Origin: a virus
Lineage: Duplodnaviria > Caudoviricetes
Reading direction: 5' to 3' (one strand)
IMG/VR virus record: IMGVR_UViG_3300021387_000573
Location: 1-64,000 of that record
DNA length: 64,000 nt
Shown here: positions 58,219 through 64,000 of the stretch, piece after piece
How the letters are laid out: each line of letters starts with the position of its first letter
How positions within the stretch are numbered: position 1 is the first letter of the stretch
Notes under the pieces: model-generated
Told to the model about the DNA's origin: nothing
Seen by the model: only the letters and a program-made list of their open reading frames with translations
Database searches by the model: none
Position numbers and translations under genes: made by a program

Positions 58219-58433
58219 TGGAAAAATTCAAGACGATCTCCGAGCTTGAAATCCTCAATTATGCGTGGCTGGAAGTCCTGAAGAAATACCAATACGCAGA
58301 AGAGCGAGCCAAACGCCTGTGGGCTCTTGGAAAATCCGCGCCCATTGCGGAGGCTCGCATGGAAAAACTGAAAGCCCAGGAACAGGAGCTTCACGACGCG
58401 ATCCTTGAGCTGGAAAAAACGATGAAATGTTAA
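58218..58433 (+). CDS. Hypothetical protein
   Basis: Coupled ORF with RBS. Confidence 0.6.
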   Translation: MEKFKTISELEILNYAWLEVLKKYQYAEERAKRLWALGKSAPIAEARMEKLKAQEQELHDAILELEKTMKC

Positions 58434-58453
58434 TTTGATAAGGAGGAAATACA

Positions 58454-58639
58454 ATGCACGAAGTTACTTATATCAATTCCGTAGGCGTTGAAGTTGTGGA
58501 AACTTTTGAAACAGAAGAGGAAGCAACGGAATTTACAAGACACCTTGACGAGCGTATTAAACGTGGAACGTGCAAAGGTTACTGCTATCACAAGCCGGGA
58601 ATTAACAATCTGCGAGAGCTGGACGAGCATTGGGCTTGA
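58454..58639 (+). CDS. Hypothetical protein
   Basis: AAGGAGG RBS. Confidence 0.6.
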   Translation: MHEVTYINSVGVEVVETFETEEEATEFTRHLDERIKRGTCKGYCYHKPGINNLRELDEHWA

Positions 58640-58836
58640 TGGATGAAATAACTATTTCATAAGGAGAAAAACATGAATTTCGTTGAATACTGGATTGCAA
58701 GAGTGAATCAGGCATATGACAAACTTGATTGTTCAAAACTGGACGAGAAGACACGGGACAGTTTGGTTTATGCCGCTTCAAATCTTGTTAGCGAGTTGGA
58801 AAAAGCGGCCAATTTGGCCGGATAAAGGAGGAAAAC

Positions 58837-59112
58837 ATGAAAGTCAAATATGCGTATCTGGACAGGCGAAACACTTACGAGCTGGAGGCACCGGCCAAAA
58901 TCAAGGATAGCTGGGGAACTCCGTGGGAAGTGGCGAGCTTCCATGTGGAAGATTTCACCGGAAAATCTGTGCGTATCAGATACTACGGGACAAACAAGGT
59001 GGCTCTGTTTCGAGCCTTGAAAAGACTGACCTACGGCGAGGATGGAAATCTTTACTGCCAAGTTGCAAACAAAGTTTTTCTCATTGGAACATGGGAAATC
59101 AAAGAACTTTGA
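58837..59112 (+). CDS. Hypothetical protein
   Basis: AAGGAGG RBS. Confidence 0.6.
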   Translation: MKVKYAYLDRRNTYELEAPAKIKDSWGTPWEVASFHVEDFTGKSVRIRYYGTNKVALFRALKRLTYGEDGNLYCQVANKVFLIGTWEIKEL

Positions 59113-59290
59113 AAGGTCTTGATATCATCTATAGCGAGGACGATAGCGGCTACTATGCACAAGACTTCAACGATCCGAAGCAGCCAGCCAGCCAGGTATT
59201 CCAGTCTGTGGAAGATCTGAAGGAAGCAATCGACAGCGGAAAAATCAAGCTGAAATAAAACAATCTTTTGATTAGGAGGATTTGGAAAAT

Positions 59291-59575
59291 ATGAAAATCA
59301 CAAGAGGCTTTAACGGCCAGACGATTGAGATCGAGCTGACCGAGAACGAACTTTACCAGGCGTATATCGAACAGGAGCATATCTTTGATAGAAACGATGT
59401 AGAAAACTACTTCGATGACTATGAAGACTCTGATTTTGAGACAGAGTACGGATGCAGCCGCGCAGAGGCCATGGAAAAACTGGACGAAATCGCCTATGAA
59501 ATGCGCAGAAACATCGATAAGTACGATATGAACTGGTATGACGCCCGTGAAGCGGCTATTGCGGAAAAACTGTAA
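59291..59575 (+). CDS. Highly acidic small protein
   Basis: D/E-rich; AGGAGG RBS. Confidence 0.65.
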   Translation: MKITRGFNGQTIEIELTENELYQAYIEQEHIFDRNDVENYFDDYEDSDFETEYGCSRAEAMEKLDEIAYEMRRNIDKYDMNWYDAREAAIAEKL

Positions 59576-59669
59576 TTGATCGTCAGAGCGATCTAAAACA
59601 GTCCATTAAGCTCTGAGCGTGGGGCTTATGCCCCGGTTGGAAAAATACATAATATGGGGAGGAAAAGTC

Positions 59670-59918
59670 ATGTATACCAATGTCAAAGTCAAGCTATCCA
59701 AGAAGGACTTCGATACGATCAAGGAAATTTCCGAGCGGGAATCGTCTTTCGATTGGGATATCCCGAGCGGCTACATCATGTTCGGAAAATATGGCATGAC
59801 CGTCTGCCGTCTGTGCCGGAAAATCTGGTACACAAAGTACGTATCCGAGTGGAAAAGTAAATCTTACAAGGACATTATGGAAGAACTGGACGAACAGGAA
59901 TGGAGGGAAATCGCATGA
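59670..59918 (+). CDS. Hypothetical protein
   Basis: GGAGG RBS. Confidence 0.6.
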   Translation: MYTNVKVKLSKKDFDTIKEISERESSFDWDIPSGYIMFGKYGMTVCRLCRKIWYTKYVSEWKSKSYKDIMEELDEQEWREIA

Positions 59919-60103
59919 CCGTGGTATTCAATGACATTCGGCGTGAAACTTACGAGCGTTTGGAAAATGTGTGGTGGATGGAAGAATACTGGGCAAAAAC
60001 TTCTTCTGGCCACATGTCGTGGTTTTGGCTTTGCCACATGGAAGACGGAACAAACCGTTCATTTCAGAAGAAACACTATTCGATCCATCGGATCGACGGA
60101 TAA
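59915..60103 (+). CDS. Hypothetical protein
   Basis: ATGA coupling. Confidence 0.55.
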   Translation: MTVVFNDIRRETYERLENVWWMEEYWAKTSSGHMSWFWLCHMEDGTNRSFQKKHYSIHRIDG

Positions 60104-60115
60104 GGAGGACATGTC

Positions 60116-60313
60116 ATGATTAAAGACGAAATCTTCTGCTATATCAGAGACAATTTCAATCTGGATGATATGGCGGCGTCTACGCTTGTTTGGAATATCG
60201 TTTCGCTTCTTGTTGATGAAGTGCAGAACAAGGATGATCGTATTTCGTTTGCGGAAGATTTGCTCGATGGGCTTGGCCTTAATGACAAAGAGTTAGCGCA
60301 GCTCTTTGGATGA
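60116..60313 (+). CDS. Hypothetical protein
   Basis: AAGGAGG RBS. Confidence 0.6.
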   Translation: MIKDEIFCYIRDNFNLDDMAASTLVWNIVSLLVDEVQNKDDRISFAEDLLDGLGLNDKELAQLFG

Positions 60314-60340
60314 AATGATTATTTGATTGGAGTGGAAAAG

Positions 60341-60604
60341 ATGATTACTCTTGCTGAAGCATTCAAGCTCTGCGATATCAATGAAGAAAATGTGTATCTC
60401 CGTCATGTGGAGGAATCCAATTCTGTCTGGAGCAGCGGACATTACTTCCGGTCGAAGAAAATCCGCGACAAGATGGACATGCGGAAAATCCGAGTGGTCA
60501 AGATCGAACCGGCTTTTGAACACTTCGGGCCTGATTTCATCGGCTGGCGCTTTATTGTCGCCGGTATCACGCCGGAAGAATTGACGAGAATCGAATACAA
60601 ATAA
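60341..60604 (+). CDS. Hypothetical protein
   Basis: GGAG RBS. Confidence 0.55.
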   Translation: MITLAEAFKLCDINEENVYLRHVEESNSVWSSGHYFRSKKIRDKMDMRKIRVVKIEPAFEHFGPDFIGWRFIVAGITPEELTRIEYK

Positions 60605-60611
60605 GGAGGAT

Positions 60612-60857
60612 ATGAACATGGAGCTTTTCGTCGTGACTGATAACATCGTGCAGAACTTGTTCACGGAGCCAAGATACTACACAGAGGCGATTGACGCGAC
60701 ATATATCGTCGGTATCTACTCCACGAGAGAACAGGCTGTGAAGGAAGTCGAGCGTCTGGAAAAACTGAGAGACGATTCCGGCGATCCCGATATGTTCGAC
60801 CGGCACTACTACTGTGTCCAGACCTTCAACCTGGATGAGAACTATTCGATCAAATAA
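60612..60857 (+). CDS. Hypothetical protein
   Basis: AAGGAGG RBS; IVGIYSTREQA motif. Confidence 0.6.
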   Translation: MNMELFVVTDNIVQNLFTEPRYYTEAIDATYIVGIYSTREQAVKEVERLEKLRDDSGDPDMFDRHYYCVQTFNLDENYSIK

Positions 60858-60865
60858 AATGCAGA

Positions 60866-60948
60866 TTTCATAATGCAGAGCACACCGGAAAATCCGGTGT
60901 AATGCAGCCGAAGACCGTTGCAAGCCGGTTGTACTGGAAAATATGAAT
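60866..60948 (+). ncRNA. Twister ribozyme (circularly permuted, P5-type)
   Basis: P2' UGCA-GA-GCA, P1 CACCGG/CCGGUG, U^AA, P2 UGCA-GC, P4 ACCG/CGGU with loop UUGCAAGC. Confidence 0.8.
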
Positions 60949-60960
60949 GGAGGTTTACAT

Positions 60961-61161
60961 ATGAGCAATCGAATCCCGAGAAACGCCACCCGTTTGGAAG
61001 TTACCTGGCTGGTCGGCTCCAATGCTTGTCCGGCAGGAACCACAACAGAGGTTTGGAAAGACAGCTTTGGCTGGCATGAACAAATCGGCGGAAAATACTA
61101 CAGCGTTTTCCCTGCGCATCTGCGCAATGAAAACGTCTGCAAATTCAAGGTGATCGCATGA
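60961..61161 (+). CDS. Hypothetical protein
   Basis: GGAGGT RBS. Confidence 0.6.
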   Translation: MSNRIPRNATRLEVTWLVGSNACPAGTTTEVWKDSFGWHEQIGGKYYSVFPAHLRNENVCKFKVIA

Positions 61162-61379
61162 TGGAAAATACGATGAACATTGAACCTGCGTCCATACTGA
61201 GCTTGGAACAGTACATAAATGTACTCCACGATCGCATAGAGAGCGATCCGTATATGGAAAGCGCGTACACCGTAGAGGACAGACACAAACTGTCTGGCAT
61301 CCGCGAGGCGCTGGGGCTGCTTGGCATCCACCTTGTCGAAAACGAGTATGGATACATCGAATGTGTGAGGGTGTTCTGA
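61158..61379 (+). CDS. Hypothetical protein
   Basis: Coupled ORF. Confidence 0.55.
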   Translation: MMENTMNIEPASILSLEQYINVLHDRIESDPYMESAYTVEDRHKLSGIREALGLLGIHLVENEYGYIECVRVF

Positions 61380-61567
61380 TGGAAAAAATGGACAATATCA
61401 TCACTACTTACGCGCCGGAAACGGACATGACTTTCATCCTGGAGGATGACGAGTATCACACTAAGGTGATCGGTTGGTACTATGGCGAGCCGAACGTATG
61501 GGCAACAAAGCTCTTCGCCGGAAAACTTGAAGCCACATACAGTAAACCAAAGAGGTGGAAAACATGA
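61379..61567 (+). CDS. Hypothetical protein
   Basis: VIGWYYGEP motif; coupled ORF. Confidence 0.6.
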   Translation: MEKMDNIITTYAPETDMTFILEDDEYHTKVIGWYYGEPNVWATKLFAGKLEATYSKPKRWKT

Positions 61568-61848
61568 AATATCCCGTCGAATGCAACAACTGGTATCTTT
61601 TGGACGTGGACTCCATGGAATATTACAGAGTGACGCCGGAAGGCCATGAATTCATCGACATGACATGGCTTGACGGAGACGAGGAAGACACATACGCCGT
61701 CTGCACTAATCTGGAAGAGACGGAAGACTTCTATCAAGCTGAGTATGACTTTCAGGATCTTCACCACACAGATAGCTATTGTATCTCCGGCATCGTAACT
61801 AAATCAGAATCGGAAAGAATTATTCTGGATTATATCCAGACACATTAA
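61564..61848 (+). CDS. Acidic hypothetical protein
   Basis: GAGGT RBS. Confidence 0.6.
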   Translation: MKYPVECNNWYLLDVDSMEYYRVTPEGHEFIDMTWLDGDEEDTYAVCTNLEETEDFYQAEYDFQDLHHTDSYCISGIVTKSESERIILDYIQTH

Positions 61849-61929
61849 GGTTTCTCTGAGGGTTGAGCCTATCAGCCCTATCCCATGCAGATAAAACATG
61901 ACTTGGAAATTTTGAAGGAGGATTTACAA

Positions 61930-62631
61930 ATGCGTATTCACGAGGATAACAGTTATATCAACAACAAACTGATTGCCGGTGGGCTGATGCGGAAAATTCC
62001 GCACTCCATCCGTCTGGACGTGGGTTACACCGAAGAGCAGAAAGCCGCGAATAGAGCCTATGCCGAGAAGGTTGGGCTGAACAGCCAAGAATGGAAGGAT
62101 TCTTGCGAGGCAGCTCGTCAGCGTCAGGCAGAGGAAAATCTGAAGATCGTGGAGTATCTCTCGGAGCATCTTACTGTCGGCGCGTTTCGCATGGAAAACT
62201 TGGACGATTGCGACCTCTGGTTCTGGTGCAATGACCTGTACAATACTTGCCACGATGGAAGATCCGGCAGAGATTACAGTTACATCACCCTGTCTTTTGT
62301 CCGTGACGATGCCGATCTGAACCGGAAAAATTGCAGACGCGCTATGGAACTTCTCGCTGTCTATCCTTGTGATCTCATGCAGGCCACGATCCAGTGGAGC
62401 CAGGAGGAACGCAAGGAAAACACGACTCGCGTTGCGGAGAAAATCTTCCAGACTTATGCTGGTAGGTTTGTCAAGCTCGGAAACACCGAAGGTAAGATCG
62501 AGAAGTGGGATAACGGTTATATCTTCAAGAAGAAGTATTCCAAGAAGTATGCCTATCGCCTGACACCGCTGGAAATTTGCAGAAGTTTCTACTGCCAGGA
62601 TGAAGTTGCCGCAGCGCTCGCGGCCATGTGA
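61930..62631 (+). CDS. Conserved phage hypothetical protein
   Basis: DLWFWCN..GRDYSYITLSF; AAGGAGG RBS. Confidence 0.7.
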   Translation: MRIHEDNSYINNKLIAGGLMRKIPHSIRLDVGYTEEQKAANRAYAEKVGLNSQEWKDSCEAARQRQAEENLKIVEYLSEHLTVGAFRMENLDDCDLWFWCNDLYNTCHDGRSGRDYSYITLSFVRDDADLNRKNCRRAMELLAVYPCDLMQATIQWSQEERKENTTRVAEKIFQTYAGRFVKLGNTEGKIEKWDNGYIFKKKYSKKYAYRLTPLEICRSFYCQDEVAAALAAM

Positions 62632-62644
62632 TTGGAGGATTTGA

Positions 62645-62908
62645 ATGACAGTCAAAGAGTTTCTTTCCCTGTGGGCGGATAATCCGAGCATCAAAATCAT
62701 GCAAATGCCGATCAAAAAGATTGACAAAAGCAGCGACCCTGTTCATAGACAGACAGCTCTCGTTTCGGAACTTTTGAAATCCAATCAGAACTATCTGGAT
62801 TTTGAGATTGCTTACTTCCTGATGGATGACGATCTGCTAATCGTCGTCTGCAAAGCAAACGAAGAGCAGGCAAGAAAAACGGTCGATGCCTATCTTGAAG
62901 GCAGATGA
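62645..62908 (+). CDS. Hypothetical protein
   Basis: GGAGG RBS. Confidence 0.6.
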   Translation: MTVKEFLSLWADNPSIKIMQMPIKKIDKSSDPVHRQTALVSELLKSNQNYLDFEIAYFLMDDDLLIVVCKANEEQARKTVDAYLEGR

Positions 62909-62921
62909 TTGGAGGATTTGA

Positions 62922-63113
62922 ATGGGACAGCATAAATATAATCCGACAGCCATCGCCGCAAAGAACGGGGAGCTTCCGCCGAAGCCGCCGAAAATGAGCA
63001 AGCGAGAGCGCGAGGCGGCCCTGTACGCAGCCATGGAAAAAGCTATGCACGAGAAGGGTTTGCTGACGCCGGACGATCTGCTGAAAGTCGGAAACATTGA
63101 GAAGTATTATTAA
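62922..63113 (+). CDS. Hypothetical protein
   Basis: GGAGG RBS. Confidence 0.6.
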   Translation: MGQHKYNPTAIAAKNGELPPKPPKMSKREREAALYAAMEKAMHEKGLLTPDDLLKVGNIEKYY

Positions 63114-63133
63114 ATTGAATTGGAGAATCTGAA

Positions 63134-63346
63134 ATGGATAGAGAAATTGTGGAAGAAATCATCTTCGGCATGGTCGATATCATCAACGAAAACTATCGGC
63201 TCAAGAGAGAGCTGAAAGAAGCCAAGGAGTATGAGCGGAAGTATAACGATCTGCTTGACCAGAGCGTGAAGAATGCCGCAGCCGGACAGAAAGCTATGTT
63301 TGAAGCGATCCTTGCCGGTACATTTGCATCTGGAAAATCGGACTGA
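63134..63346 (+). CDS. Hypothetical coiled-coil protein
   Basis: GGAG RBS. Confidence 0.6.
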   Translation: MDREIVEEIIFGMVDIINENYRLKRELKEAKEYERKYNDLLDQSVKNAAAGQKAMFEAILAGTFASGKSD

Positions 63347-63361
63347 TTTGGAGGATTTGAT

Positions 63362-63649
63362 ATGGATTCTTGGATTGATGCATTCGTGAAGTCTTACGAG
63401 GAAGAACAGCAGAGGCATATTAAAGAGGTTGATCCTGCCGTAGAGCTTGGCGCTTGGAAAAAACCATATGGAAAGATCTGTGAGTTTGAGGGCTCCAGAC
63501 AGGTTGCCGTCATTTATTACGGAACATGTCCTCATTGCGGTGAAGAATCCGCAGTCAGTTTCAGGTTTGGAACATATGCCGATCCGGAGTACCCACCGTT
63601 CTGCCCGGAGTGCGGCCAGCAGGTGAAGACGATCATGCCGAAGCGATAA
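63362..63649 (+). CDS. Zinc-ribbon protein
   Basis: CPHCG..FCPECG. Confidence 0.65.
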   Translation: MDSWIDAFVKSYEEEQQRHIKEVDPAVELGAWKKPYGKICEFEGSRQVAVIYYGTCPHCGEESAVSFRFGTYADPEYPPFCPECGQQVKTIMPKR

Positions 63650-63661
63650 GGAGAATTCGAC

Positions 63662-63856
63662 ATGGCAGCAGCGTACATCAAAGTGTTTTGCAATGGCGAA
63701 CCTGTTCGGACATTTGGCGGAAATAAAAAGGAAGTCAGGATAATGTGGGAAGCGTATGAAAACATGACTGTAGAAGAATTTGTCACGAAACATCCAAGAT
63801 TTGCCGGAAAGTGCAAACACAGAAAACATATCGTTGTGATGTTCAAAAAGAAATGA
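63662..63856 (+). CDS. Hypothetical protein
   Basis: AAGGAG RBS. Confidence 0.55.
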   Translation: MAAAYIKVFCNGEPVRTFGGNKKEVRIMWEAYENMTVEEFVTKHPRFAGKCKHRKHIVVMFKKK

Positions 63857-64000
63857 AATATGACTTTTATCGGAGGTGGAAAAATTGATTGCTGCAAGAC
63901 CTAAAATCGCCCGTTATGGCGTGGAAATTCTGGTTGACGAGACACGCTATCAGAATAGCGTTTTGTTTTACGACACCGAAGCCGAGCGGGATGCTGTCGC

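Noticed and set aside
59610-61885. Two CTCTGAG-hairpin spacers (about 59611 and 61854)
   Set aside because: Similarity too short to support a motif
1-64000. Stop-codon reassignment as the cause of fragmented TMP and tail genes
   Set aside because: Other long genes are intact in code 11, and the breaks coincide with intron structures

Overview
This window is 64 kb of a large SPbeta/c-st-like siphophage or prophage of a Firmicute (probably Clostridia) host. The minus strand (53.2 kb to 1) carries, in order: a YonO-type single-subunit RNA polymerase, tRNA-Met(CAT), beta-CASP RNase, ClpP-like protein, phosphoesterase and HU; then terminase, portal, protease/scaffold, capsid, neck, tail tube, RecU, tyrosine recombinase, tape measure protein (TMP), Dit, Tal and baseplate; then a cluster of modular fibre genes. 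A non-coding AT-rich repeat region (53.3-55.7 kb) separates this from a plus-strand array of small early genes. Three group I introns were reconstructed by hand, one in the tail-tube gene and two in the TMP gene. The most notable is the second TMP intron (19166-21852, about 2.7 kb). It has an intact ribozyme core, carries five opposite-strand accessory genes with their own promoters and terminators instead of a homing endonuclease, and has a perfect 15-bp guide (extended P10) to a 3' exon 2.7 kb away. Other highlights are a twister ribozyme among the early genes, a SAM-lyase-like first early gene behind a structured leader, a strongly strand-biased GGAAAA motif, and a recurrent structured RNA motif in the late operon. 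All product calls come from motif recognition and synteny, not database searches.
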